From the IMG/VR virus record IMGVR_UViG_3300027377_000018: a DNA stretch of 64,000 nucleotides, one strand, 5' to 3'. Positions 1 through 10,088 of the stretch are shown here, in pieces. The first letter of the stretch is position 1, and each line of letters opens with the position of its first letter. The notes beneath the pieces were generated by a model. It worked only from the letters and a program-made list of their open reading frames with translations, did no database searches and had not been told where the DNA came from. Both the position numbers and the translations under genes were made by a program. Origin of the DNA: a virus.

Positions 1-202
1 GCACGCCAAAGAATCAACGACTGGAGGATCGACTACAATGAGGATCGGCCGCACTCGGCGCTCGGAAACTTGACGCCGGGCGCCTATGCGGCCCAACTGA
101 AACCAGCCCGAAAGGTCGCATGAAGCCCGGACCAAAGACGGGGCGAAGACCAGCAGACCACGGACTAACCTAAAACTTGGTACGACGCATGGGGGCGGGT
201 CA
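1..202 (+). mobile_element. IS3-family insertion sequence, right end (transposase OrfB C-terminus 1-123 plus terminal inverted repeat)
   Basis: Frame 1 reads [26 protein letters not shown] (rve_3-type YNxxRPHSAL motif). The element ends ...GGGGGCGGGTCA at 202, the canonical IS3 CA terminus. Confidence 0.85.
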
Positions 203-327
203 CAATTATGCAGGCATTCAATGCCGTGTTGCAGGAGGCCGACCCTCAGATCGAGGAAAAAGAAATCGAGGTGATCTCCCCGGAGCTTGCGAAACAGGTT
301 TTAGCCGAACTCGTACAGCTTGAGTGA
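203..327 (+). pseudogene. C-terminal remnant of a gene interrupted by the IS3 element
   Basis: Open frame directly after the IS end (MQAFNAVLQEADPQIEEKEIEVISPELAKQVLAELVQLE*), co-oriented with the downstream operon. Confidence 0.55.
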
Positions 328-384
328 TCGTGTGCTGTAAGCGCCCCGAGCTTTTGACGATATACGAACCGACTGAAAGACGAC

Positions 385-876
385 ATGCAAAGGACTGACT
401 TTCTTGAACTCAAATATGGCGCGGGAATGGTTATAGAACCTTTCCTTAGGCGCCTGTTTGCAGAAATGAACCCCAAAACGGTCTATTGGGTCTCTCCCTG
501 GCTTACGCATATCAATTTCAGAACTGCCACAACGAAAAAGCTGCTGCAGAAGCTCCAGTTGCAGGGCGTCAATCTAGTGGTGATCACCCGCGAACCGGAG
601 GCGGGAAGCGGGCATGAAGAGTTTGTCCGGGACGTCAAGGAAATGCCCACTGCATCGATCTTCTACATGCCCACGCTTCACGCAAAATTCTATGTGGCAG
701 AGACGAAAGAACGCCGCTATGCGCTTCTCGGTTCGGCGAACATGTATGAATGGTCCAACCGATCGTACGAGCTGGGGGTGGTTATTGAGGCCCGTGGCGA
801 AGGAGAGGTCCTGATAGACAAGCTGGAGTCACTTGCGATCGACCTCCGGGTTACACAGCACACAACCAGAGCATAG
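385..876 (+). CDS. Phospholipase D-family (HKD) nuclease-like protein, single domain
   Basis: LHAKFYVAE...LLGSANM matches HxK(x4)D/E...GSxN. Stand-alone 163 aa. Confidence 0.8.
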   Translation: MQRTDFLELKYGAGMVIEPFLRRLFAEMNPKTVYWVSPWLTHINFRTATTKKLLQKLQLQGVNLVVITREPEAGSGHEEFVRDVKEMPTASIFYMPTLHAKFYVAETKERRYALLGSANMYEWSNRSYELGVVIEARGEGEVLIDKLESLAIDLRVTQHTTRA

Positions 877-887
877 GAGACGAAACG

Positions 888-2063
888 ATGGCCGCGCCAC
901 TGAACAAAAGGTTCTGTCTAAAGGGTGACAGAAAAAACTTCACGATCAACTTCCGAATCAATCACGAGGATCGTGCAGCGTATTTCGGTAAGAGGAAAAT
1001 AAACGAAAAAATTATCGAAGATATACGTGAACGCTACATGATGGGTAATCAGCCCAAGAAGTATCTCTACGGACAATATGGCGTCGGGAAAACGCATACC
1101 TTGTTCAACATCAAGTACAAACTTGAAGAAAGCCCCGAGGCGAAGGCCATCACGGATTACCAAGTCAAATGCTGTTTCATAGATGCCGAATTCAAGGAGA
1201 AAACGAACCACAACTATCTCCACGCGCAAATGATGGAAGCACTAACCCTCGAAAAGATACGAGAGGTCATTGACAAATATCTCGCCAAAAACGCGGGGCC
1301 AGCGCTCGAGGACAAACTCAGAGACGACTTCGGCGATGCAAACATAACCAGAGCGATTCGAGCTCTCGGTTACGCCGGAGAGCCGGTTACTTTGTGGAAA
1401 TGGCTATGCGGTGGGTCGCTGACAGCAGCGGAACTCACCTCTTACAACCTTACAAAAAATATGGACACGATCTCCGAGATGTACCGCGTTCTGGTGGGGA
1501 TAATGCGGCTCTTCGTCAACAAAGGTATCTATTACCTGTTCCTGCTCGACGAAATGGAAGGGCTGACAAACGTCCGCAACTAGGATTGTCGGGAGTCATT
1601 TCACGATGCCTTCAGGCGGCTTGCTGACGATGACAACAGCGTCGTTGGCTTCATTGTCTCCATCTATGCCATGCAGGAAGAGGACATCCCAGATTTTGTG
1701 TTCAGGGAGGATATCAAGACCCGTCTGAATAAAGCGAACATTCATCATCTTGAATACCTCGCTCACGACGACGATATGCGGCAGTTCTTGAATGATCTTT
1801 TCGAACTGGTGGTTGACGATGACAAGAAGAAGGAAAGAGAGAAAGAGGGGAAAATACCGAACGGGATGAAATATTTTCCACTGACCGATGAAGCGATGGA
1901 AGAGCTGGTTAACCTGGCGATAAGCGCGCCCACTGCGAGCCTACCCCGCAATTTCATATCGGCTCTCAATGAAGGGGCTGTCCACGCCGCACGCCGCGAT
2001 TCTTACGTCATCGACACGCAAGACCTGACACCGGCGCAAGCGATATTCACGGAAGGCTTTTGA
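888..2063 (+). pseudogene. P-loop (AAA+/BrxD-like) ATPase with in-frame TAG at 1581-1583
   Basis: Walker A GQYGVGKT and Walker B FLLDEME. ORFs 888-1583 and 1671-2063 share a frame, and the gap reads open after the TAG (DCRESFHDAFRRLADDDNSVVGFIVSIYAM). Confidence 0.8.
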
Positions 2064-2086
2064 GCGACGATTGACTGGAGAGACAG

Positions 2087-3481
2087 ATGCTTCGCTACAA
2101 CGTATCGCCCAGGCTTCGGGACCAGGACGGAACAATCTGCCTTGGTTGCGACGCGGCGGATATGCAAAAGGTCACGCACGTCAATCTCGGACGGTTGAGC
2201 GAGCAGGGTTCGCGCCCGAATGTCGTTCTGGGGTTTGCGCGCGAAGTTGTGACGGGCATCTTTGGACAGCGCGGGTCCGGCAAGTCCTACACACTTGGAA
2301 CCATCATAGAGGGTTTGGGGACAACGGATGCCGACGCGAATATCGGCTGCAACATGAACGACCGCGCCGTCTTGCTGCTGGATACCCTGAACATCTATCA
2401 GTATGCAGCGGTCCCGGTTTCCAAGATCCCCGATGAGACATTGCGAAAGGCACTGTCGTCAAAGATCACAGGATTTGGAATTAAAGAAACAGAGATTTCA
2501 GTCAGGACATACTATCCGGAGGGGCGACGGCAAAGTTTCTATACGTCCAGATACGAACCTTTCGGATTGGACACCTCGCTAATTCGGGCCGAAGACTACG
2601 CGCACGTATTTGAGATCGACCTCTTCAAGGACCCGACGGGTCATCTCCTTCTGGCGGCATTCGACGGGGTCAAGAACACCGGCTACACATACAATTCGGC
2701 GGCTCGCGCAGGTAAAGAGGAAGCGGGCCTCTCGGAGCTGATCGAATACCTCTCCGATGAATCCAATACCGCCGGCAGTTTCGAACGTACGACGGTCAGG
2801 GCGCTGCGCAGCCGCCTTCAAAGCCTGGAGCGGGACGAACTGTTCTCATCGACGCCGACTTCGGTGTCGTCGATGGTCAAGGCCGGAGAGGTCACAATTC
2901 TCTTGCTCGGGCATCTCGCCCCTCCGATGCGCAGTCTGACGGCCGCGATTCTGGTCAGGCAGTTGTTCAATCTGCGGTCCGCAGCGTCGGAAGCAAACAA
3001 GACACTGAAGCTGGACAGCACCATCTCGGACGATGAACGCGCTGCTGCGTTGCGAACGATAGAGGCCTCTCCGCCGCGCACATTGCTCTGCATCGACGAA
3101 GCCCAGGGCTACGCCCCGCCCTCAAGAGCCAATCCGTGTACCTCCATACTGATCCAATATGTGAAGGAAGGCAGGAACCACGGCCTGTCGCTGATGATCA
3201 CGTCCCAGCAACCGAGCGCCATTCACCCGGAGATACTGTCGCAGGTGGATTGCGTTGTCGCGCACCGGCTGACGGTTCAATCGGATATCGACGCCGTGAT
3301 GCGCAGCGCCAAAGGGCGATCTCCGGAGAAGATGACCAGTGGTACCCAGACACTAACGGTTCATGACCTGCTCAGGGAACTCGCGCAGGGGCAGGCTTTT
3401 GTCAGCCACGGTGACACGACACGTGCATTTGTAACCGAAATCCGCCCGAGAGTGACCGCTCACGGTGGGATCGAGGGGTAG
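2087..3481 (+). CDS. HerA/FtsK-like (DUF87) ATPase
   Basis: IFGQRGSGKS Walker A, LCIDEAQ Walker B, KEGRNHGLSLMITSQQPSAI arginine-finger/Q-motif region typical of the HerA clade. Confidence 0.85.
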   Translation: MLRYNVSPRLRDQDGTICLGCDAADMQKVTHVNLGRLSEQGSRPNVVLGFAREVVTGIFGQRGSGKSYTLGTIIEGLGTTDADANIGCNMNDRAVLLLDTLNIYQYAAVPVSKIPDETLRKALSSKITGFGIKETEISVRTYYPEGRRQSFYTSRYEPFGLDTSLIRAEDYAHVFEIDLFKDPTGHLLLAAFDGVKNTGYTYNSAARAGKEEAGLSELIEYLSDESNTAGSFERTTVRALRSRLQSLERDELFSSTPTSVSSMVKAGEVTILLLGHLAPPMRSLTAAILVRQLFNLRSAASEANKTLKLDSTISDDERAAALRTIEASPPRTLLCIDEAQGYAPPSRANPCTSILIQYVKEGRNHGLSLMITSQQPSAIHPEILSQVDCVVAHRLTVQSDIDAVMRSAKGRSPEKMTSGTQTLTVHDLLRELAQGQAFVSHGDTTRAFVTEIRPRVTAHGGIEG

Positions 3482-3485
3482 TGAA

Positions 3486-4679
3486 TTGAGAGTAGCTCTC
3501 ACATTCCGTCTGTACATGATGCGATACGGGATTGCCCTTCTGGCGTCGTCGTTCACGAACCAAGGCCGAACGACATTCTCTGAGGACATTTGCAAGAAAG
3601 TATCGGGCTACCTTACGGAAAAACGCGAGGTGCCGGAGGATGACCTAGCGCCATTCAAGGAATACCTGTTTAACAAGCCGGGGTCACCGCGGTACACCCC
3701 GCTCCGGCAGGCCTTGGAAAAAGGACAATCGATCAAGGCGGAGCGCCAGGACCTCCTACTGTCCGAACCCAGACTGCCGTCTTCCGTCGGTGCGCTGACG
3801 CAGGATTACTTCGATGATGCGCTATCTCTAGCGCATATGTTGAAACTGGTGAAAAAAGAGCAGAACCTTCTTTTGGCGAGAGGGCGCCTGAGCTTGTCCA
3901 CCGGCTGGCAAACGGACGATCCGTTCTGGCTTCGTCAAAAGGACAGTTTGTATCTCGGGCTCTGGCTGCTGGATGTCGATTGCGACTGGCTATGGGCATT
4001 TCTTGCGCAGCTTCCGTCCGATCCCGAGTTCGAGATAACTGTCGAAAATCGAGTCAACCTCCTCCTGAAAAGCTGGAAGCACGTGTTGTCTGCCCGGCAG
4101 ATTCGATCCGGGCATCCGCAAAACGCAAAGGTACGTACCCGGCTCAACGAGTTGATAAAGATCACCGAGCGGAACGTCCGCGAAAAGCTAAATCTCGGAC
4201 AGCCTTGGTCATGGTTCCTGATTCCGCGTCTCGAACTCTTGGTGGACGCCGGAATTCTCGCGAAGAAGGAACGACATGGCCTGACAGGATACAGCCTCAC
4301 TACTGCGGGCCGTAAAATGCGCGCCGTCTGCGGCGCGGATGAAAGCGGAGAAGTTCTGATTCAAAACTATTTCTCTTGTCGGGATACGGGGGATCGTCCG
4401 GTTGACGACAGAATCGATTGGGAAGACATTCAGAGCAGGTTGGAAACGATTGCCCCCGACCTTAAGACATCAGTGGGCTATTTCCCGATATTCGAAACCG
4501 CTTCGGCACTATGTGTCTCCCAGTTCGTGGACGCGACATGCACCGAAGAACCAGTTTGGGAGGTCGAAGCCGTCAAGGAACGGTTGTGGGAAGAATCGAA
4601 ATCAGCTTCGCCGAGGGTAAGGCTGGCGATTGACCGGCACGGACAAATCTACGCGTTCAAGGTGGAGGAAGTAAGGTGA
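3486..4679 (+). CDS. Hypothetical protein (~397 aa), last gene of the PLD-ATPase-HerA operon
   Basis: Long ORF immediately after HerA. TTG start at 3486 preceded by GAGGGG. Possible winged-helix segment (LIPRLELLVDAGIL...GYSLTTAG). Confidence 0.7.
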   Translation: MRVALTFRLYMMRYGIALLASSFTNQGRTTFSEDICKKVSGYLTEKREVPEDDLAPFKEYLFNKPGSPRYTPLRQALEKGQSIKAERQDLLLSEPRLPSSVGALTQDYFDDALSLAHMLKLVKKEQNLLLARGRLSLSTGWQTDDPFWLRQKDSLYLGLWLLDVDCDWLWAFLAQLPSDPEFEITVENRVNLLLKSWKHVLSARQIRSGHPQNAKVRTRLNELIKITERNVREKLNLGQPWSWFLIPRLELLVDAGILAKKERHGLTGYSLTTAGRKMRAVCGADESGEVLIQNYFSCRDTGDRPVDDRIDWEDIQSRLETIAPDLKTSVGYFPIFETASALCVSQFVDATCTEEPVWEVEAVKERLWEESKSASPRVRLAIDRHGQIYAFKVEEVR

Positions 4680-4740
4680 ACGGACGAATTTGAAAGTTGC
4701 CCTTGCCGTGCCGACGCGATAGTCGGGGCCAGCCGATATG

Positions 4741-5580
4741 CTATTTGTGGCACGCGAGACAGACTTTTGCTTTGCCGTACAAGTCGTCGATATCCAGGGG
4801 CTCGCTGTCCGACCTGAGCGGGTTAGGCTGAACCTTCGACATCATGCGCGCGAGCCGTTGCTCGTGATCCTCCCTGATCTGCGCGACGCGCTCGGGCTGT
4901 TCCAGCTCTTCGAGAGATTCGCCCTGGCTCCAGGTGAACGGTGAGCCGTGTTCCACGGCATCCTTCTCGTACGCTTTGGCTTCCTCGAAGGCTTCGGGGT
5001 GCTGCTCCTTGAGCCGCACCCACTCGATCTTCTGCTGAAAGAAACAAAAGGTGCAGCCGCTGCGCGTCCGCCACTCGTAGTATTTCGGGAGGCCGAGCCC
5101 TGCGCCTTCCAGGATGTCGAGGACGCCGGGCTTGTCAATTCCGGCGTCCTTGAACGGCAGCCTGACGATCAGCTTGTCATGTTTCGAGGAATACCCTTCC
5201 CGGTATTCTTCGTCACTGCGGATCGCAACATAGCTGTAAACCGTCTTACCGTCGTCGAGCATCGGGCGAAGCCAGCGCTCGAACGGGCGCAGCTTGAGTT
5301 GCCGTGTGCACCATCGCGTTTGCGGCGACGGCAGGAAATCATTGTACTGCTTGAGCCAGAAGTCGAAGTCGCGGTCGGGATTCAGCCGCAGTATCGGCTG
5401 TCCGAGAAAGCCTTCCAGCCGCCCGAGATATTCATAGACTTCGGGCAGCTCCTTGCCGGTATCCGTGAAGAAGTATTCGATTTCAAGCTCGGGATGATGC
5501 TGACGCATATACACGGCAAGGGCCGCGCTATCGCGGCCCCCGGAAAGACCGAGCACATGTTTCACGGAATCGTTCGTCAA
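4741..5580 (-). CDS. sspD: PAPS-reductase-family protein, SspD-like (DNA phosphorothioation)
   Basis: PP-loop LGLSGGRDS, RWCTRQLK, RSGCTFC and C-terminal CLACH; in an operon with an ATPase and DUF4007. Confidence 0.75.
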   Translation of the reverse strand: MTNDSVKHVLGLSGGRDSAALAVYMRQHHPELEIEYFFTDTGKELPEVYEYLGRLEGFLGQPILRLNPDRDFDFWLKQYNDFLPSPQTRWCTRQLKLRPFERWLRPMLDDGKTVYSYVAIRSDEEYREGYSSKHDKLIVRLPFKDAGIDKPGVLDILEGAGLGLPKYYEWRTRSGCTFCFFQQKIEWVRLKEQHPEAFEEAKAYEKDAVEHGSPFTWSQGESLEELEQPERVAQIREDHEQRLARMMSKVQPNPLRSDSEPLDIDDLYGKAKVCLACHK

Positions 5581-8500
5581 GTGGCAACCTTTCCTTTCCC
5601 GTTCTTCTTGGATGGTGCGGTGTTCTGCATATAGCGCGCACTCAGTTCCGCCAGCGCCGCAAGAATGATGCTGCGGCGCGTGGTGTCGGATTCATCGAGC
5701 GCCGCTTCGACACGGTCAATGAGTGCGTTCACGGTCGCACGGTCCGAATCCGCGATGTCGAATTCCTCAAGCAGCGGCGTAGGCCGCCCGTTTGTGCCGA
5801 TGACAACGGCCATGGCGTGACGCTTGTCGGGCCGACCTTTCACGCGTGCATAGGTCTCAGCACGAAGGAATTTCTGAGCCATGTCGGCGATTTCGATCGC
5901 GGCTTGGTCGAGATCGGGATCGACCCAGTCGCGCGGCGGCTTGTTCGCCGCGAGGCTTGCAATCCCCTCGAAACTTTCATCCGAGCCGTCAAACCGGACT
6001 AACCTGCCGACGAAGGCGTCGAGCCGGAAGTCGCCGGCAAGCTGCCTTATATTCTCGGCACGCTCGCGCAGCTCCGCGAGAGACTGAGGAGAGATATTAG
6101 AAACCTGCAACTCGGCCAGCATCAGGTCGCGCATGCGGTGCAGCATAGACGGATAAGCCTGCAACAGCTCTTCGAGTCCTTCGCGAACACTCTCGATAAG
6201 CCGGCGCAGGTCGGCATCAGTGTCGAGGGCTACATCCTCACCCAGGGTTCCTGGAATATCGTCGAACAGGAACCGGTTCGGATCATGCGCGCGCTTGAAG
6301 AGATCGCGAATACGCGCGGCGTTGGCGGACAGTCTCATCGTTCGCGTGGTCCATTGCGGCAAGTGCTCAAAAATGGACATCAGTCCGCGACCGACATCTA
6401 TGGGCTCGAGATGCACAAGCTCGTTGCTCGCATCGAGGTCCCGAACCACCTCTGCCATGTAGGACAGCAGGCGCCGCGCCATGCCGGACAGGTCCATCCA
6501 GCGTAACTGGATGATGGCTGCGTCCTTGGCGAGATAATCGGCATCGACGTCGTCGAACCGAACCCTGAATATACCCTCGCGATAGACGGCAAGCTTGTTG
6601 CGCTGCGCCTGGATAAAGGCGACCGCCAAAAGCGGCATCAAGCCGTCTTTGATGCCGAATGGGGGTTGGCGCCAGAGCTCGAAGAGTTCCGAGATCGTGA
6701 CGGCCCGATCAGCATTATACCTTACATAGTCGAATGCGGCCTGCCACATGGGAGCGAGACGACATGGATCGTCGCCTTCCGCGGGCGAGACAAACCGAAA
6801 CGTATTACCCTGCGGGACGTAAAGTTCCGTCTTTTCCAGGATCGAGGCGAAGAGCCCGCCTTCAGCCGGAAAGCCGTCAATGCCGAGCCGTGCTTCGCCT
6901 TCGTTAACCACCATGCTATGCAGCAACTTGTTCTGCGCCATTATGGCGCTTCCCGACGGCTTCTGCCGGTTAAGAAGTTCGTTGTGGAGCCGTGGGGATT
7001 GCGGAAAACGGCGATCTGCCAGCTCGGAGGCGATGCCGTTCAGATCGGCTTGGTGCAACCGCTTCTTACTGTAGTTCTTGCGAAACCACAGGGCATTGTC
7101 GAACGCTTTTTGCAGCTCGGTTTCCAGAAGCGCCTGCAACGCAGCGAGACGGGCGGAAACCTCCCGTCGGGCGACCGAGTCCCCGGCGAGTTCGGGGTGA
7201 TCGTTGCTGACGTTTTCCAGCGCGATCAGCTCGCGGGCGAGCGGCACGACGGCCCACGACTGTTTGGAAATGCCGACGACGATATCGCCTTTGTCCTCGC
7301 CGCTGTGACGAGCGGCCTTTTGGCACAGCTTCTCTGCGTGCTCCGCCTTTTCCCTTTCGGTCGGGATCGCGAGCAGGAACTGTCCGATCGCGCCGTTCTC
7401 CGGCTCAAATCCGGCGGCGAATTCGACAATGCCGCTTACGGGCACAATGTTCACATCAAACCACCGCATGGCGCCTGTTTCGTGGTAGTGGCGCTTGGCG
7501 AGGATGGGCTGAAGACCGGCAAGCGATTTCAGGTGCTCGAAGTCTATGTCGCCGATCTCGTCGAGCGCCGACCGAACCGCCTGTTCGATATCGAAGTCGC
7601 TCCCGGCGAAAATGGCGCGAGCGTCAAGAAATTTCTTGAAGATCGTGAGCGACCAGCCATCCAGATCCGAAAGCGCCTTCTCTATTGCCGTTTGCAGCGT
7701 GTCGGGGAAACAGGGCCGCAACAACTCGTAATTCGGAAGGAGTCCCGAACGCTCCTTGAACAGGTCGATGACGGCAATTGTCTTAAGCAACCTGACATGC
7801 AGCGCATCGCCGCCCAGGGATTCGCAGCGTTCCAGCGCTTCGGCTGCCAGCGCCCAGCGGTGGCCGTCGGGCGAAGCCAGTATGGACGGCTCCAGATTGG
7901 CGCGCAGGTAATCCCACAACCGGTCGGGTCCGTACAGTTCTCCATCCTTTGCATGGCTCAGGAAATCCTGGAAACCGTGCAATTCCGATGAATTGAGGAA
8001 GCCGAAGATACTGCGCTGGTTCTGTCCAAATCGCCGGCGCGAAATGGGACCGAGCAACGCAGCAACAACCGGGTGCAGGGGCCAGCAGGCCTCAAGCATC
8101 GAAGCTAGTCGCGTGGCATCCTCTCGGGGACGGTCTCGACGCGCGAATGCGGCCACGGAAGCCGCAAGAGTGCCCGGCTTCTTCGCGACATGATCGCTCT
8201 CTATTGCGCGGGCGATCAGATCGATCTGTTCTTCACCCGCCGTATCCACGACGAGGTCGATGAACCGGCCCTGTATCTTCGCCCATTCGTCCCTCATGTC
8301 ATGTGAGAGCCGATGTGCATATTCCTCGAATGCCTGGTGCAGCACGCCGACGATCAGAAGACGCCCGCCACTGCGAGAAGCCGCCTCTGCGAGTTGCTGG
8401 AGGATGTAGATATCCGAGCCATCCTGTGCGGCAGCTTCGAGGAACTTGCCCATCTCGTCGATGAAGAGGACAAGCCCGCCGTGCGTCTTCGGCTTGGCTG

Positions 8501-8975
8501 TAGCGGCATCGGAAAGCGCCTCTATCAGGTTGCTCTCGGTCCAGCCGCCGCGTGGCAGTCGCTGCACAAGCCCCGTTCGTTTGGCAGCTTCGCCGATGAC
8601 CGCTACGGGATCGTCGCACCTCCCGACGACGGGAAGAATACGCCATCCCTTCGTACCGGTCGGCAGGGCTTTCCAAATAGTGTTCGTCAGGCTTTGCCCG
8701 AATACTCTGAAGGCGTGCTTCTGCAAACCGGCGTCGCCGTTCAGAAGAGCGGCGAGTGCAACGACAAGGCTGGATTTACCGCTACCGTATGGGCCGGTCC
8801 ATGTGAATGCACCCTGTCCGGTTTCGGACACGTGCCGCGCCATCGCGGCGAGAACTTCCGCCGAGGATTGCGGACATACAAAACCGTCAAGGGCACTGGC
8901 GTCCCCAAGGTCGGTGTCAATGCGGACCGATCTCAGGAAGCGGCGGGCAATGCGGACGTGGTCTTTCAGAGACAT
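5577..8975 (-). CDS. sspC: Large P-loop ATPase, SspC-like
   Basis: TGPYGSGKS Walker A, LFIDEMGKFLE Walker B, LHQAF and WAKIQGRF motifs. 1132 aa, lying between DUF4007 and the PAPS reductase. Confidence 0.7.
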   Translation of the reverse strand: MSLKDHVRIARRFLRSVRIDTDLGDASALDGFVCPQSSAEVLAAMARHVSETGQGAFTWTGPYGSGKSSLVVALAALLNGDAGLQKHAFRVFGQSLTNTIWKALPTGTKGWRILPVVGRCDDPVAVIGEAAKRTGLVQRLPRGGWTESNLIEALSDAATAKPKTHGGLVLFIDEMGKFLEAAAQDGSDIYILQQLAEAASRSGGRLLIVGVLHQAFEEYAHRLSHDMRDEWAKIQGRFIDLVVDTAGEEQIDLIARAIESDHVAKKPGTLAASVAAFARRDRPREDATRLASMLEACWPLHPVVAALLGPISRRRFGQNQRSIFGFLNSSELHGFQDFLSHAKDGELYGPDRLWDYLRANLEPSILASPDGHRWALAAEALERCESLGGDALHVRLLKTIAVIDLFKERSGLLPNYELLRPCFPDTLQTAIEKALSDLDGWSLTIFKKFLDARAIFAGSDFDIEQAVRSALDEIGDIDFEHLKSLAGLQPILAKRHYHETGAMRWFDVNIVPVSGIVEFAAGFEPENGAIGQFLLAIPTEREKAEHAEKLCQKAARHSGEDKGDIVVGISKQSWAVVPLARELIALENVSNDHPELAGDSVARREVSARLAALQALLETELQKAFDNALWFRKNYSKKRLHQADLNGIASELADRRFPQSPRLHNELLNRQKPSGSAIMAQNKLLHSMVVNEGEARLGIDGFPAEGGLFASILEKTELYVPQGNTFRFVSPAEGDDPCRLAPMWQAAFDYVRYNADRAVTISELFELWRQPPFGIKDGLMPLLAVAFIQAQRNKLAVYREGIFRVRFDDVDADYLAKDAAIIQLRWMDLSGMARRLLSYMAEVVRDLDASNELVHLEPIDVGRGLMSIFEHLPQWTTRTMRLSANAARIRDLFKRAHDPNRFLFDDIPGTLGEDVALDTDADLRRLIESVREGLEELLQAYPSMLHRMRDLMLAELQVSNISPQSLAELRERAENIRQLAGDFRLDAFVGRLVRFDGSDESFEGIASLAANKPPRDWVDPDLDQAAIEIADMAQKFLRAETYARVKGRPDKRHAMAVVIGTNGRPTPLLEEFDIADSDRATVNALIDRVEAALDESDTTRRSIILAALAELSARYMQNTAPSKKNGKGKVAT

Positions 8976-9934
8976 CAGGCGGCCTCCTTCCCGGCGCGCG
9001 AAGCGTAGTCGCTGGGCAGCCAGGAAAGGGCCGTCCCTTCGCCGATCTCGATGTTACGCACAACCTGCTTGAGGCCGGCAGTTTCCGACCACCGGAGAGC
9101 GCCCCCCGTTACATCGTCAAGTGAGGCGAGGCGGTCGGCCACATCGTTCTCGTCGAATTGAAATACGCGCCCGGGACTGCCCGGCGCGTGGGCGACCGCC
9201 TCGAAGGACAGCGTGGCGGCGTTGGGAAAGAAGCGAGCCCAGAAATCTACGAGGGCGTAGGCGAAAATGCCGTCTCCCAGAGTCGATTTCGGGCCACGCA
9301 CGAAGCGAAAGCCATCGTTCTTTCCTATGGCCCTTATGAGCCCCAATTCGGTGAGCGGCGATTCCAGGGCATCGTCGTGTCCGGTCTTGCCGGATGGTTG
9401 CCGCGCGACATAGGTGCGAATGAAACAGGCCACGTCATTCTTGAGCGTGGTCTGCGCAACCCGCGACCATCCGCGCTCATTCGCAAGGCGGTCGAGCTTT
9501 CGGATCAGGCTCTCACGTTCAAACGTAATGGCGGGATAATGGCTGAATGCCCAGAACCACGTGGTTCTTTCGGGTAGGGCTGCGAACTGCCAGTGCAGCA
9601 GCCACAAGGTGGCAGGATACTCCATCCACGGATCGAGTCCGCCTGCGCCGAATAGCAACCGGCCGAGTGTGGTCGTTTCGACCACGTTAGTGGCGGGTTC
9701 CCGGATGATGCGGGCCGCCTTCGCCCAATAGCGTATCGAGCTGACCATGTTCTTGCCGACGCCGAATCGCGCTATGGCATCGTCGTCCCAACACGCGACG
9801 CGGTTGTTGGCATCGGGCTCCGTCTCGGCGATGCGGTCGAACGCTTTTTTCAGCCACCCGTAGCGCAGCGGGAAGGTTTCGTGTCCCGAAAACTGCGGGC
9901 TGTAATCATTCTGAAAAAGCGGTCCGCGCGCCAT
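8975..9934 (-). CDS. sspB: DUF4007 protein, SspB-like
   Basis: FSGHETFPLRYGWLKK, FGVGKNMVSSIRYW, DPWMEYPATLWLLHW and LESPLTELGLI are DUF4007 signatures. Confidence 0.8.
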   Translation of the reverse strand: MARGPLFQNDYSPQFSGHETFPLRYGWLKKAFDRIAETEPDANNRVACWDDDAIARFGVGKNMVSSIRYWAKAARIIREPATNVVETTTLGRLLFGAGGLDPWMEYPATLWLLHWQFAALPERTTWFWAFSHYPAITFERESLIRKLDRLANERGWSRVAQTTLKNDVACFIRTYVARQPSGKTGHDDALESPLTELGLIRAIGKNDGFRFVRGPKSTLGDGIFAYALVDFWARFFPNAATLSFEAVAHAPGSPGRVFQFDENDVADRLASLDDVTGGALRWSETAGLKQVVRNIEIGEGTALSWLPSDYASRAGKEAA

Positions 9935-10088
9935 ATCTCCCCCGTAGCTACTGGATGATGCGTCCAGGTCGACTGTAGCCCGAATGGCGTGCTATGGTCA
10001 ATTGAACCTGGAGGCGTGCCCCAGAAACGGGCCGATGTCCGCAGGCGGGCGAGCTCAGGGCTTTCATCTTCTATGCTATTGAAAATAA

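Noticed and set aside
4741-9934. BREX type 4 assignment for DUF4007/ATPase/PAPS reductase
   Set aside because: No pglZ or brxL in the window, and a linked cysteine desulfurase fits Ssp phosphorothioation better.
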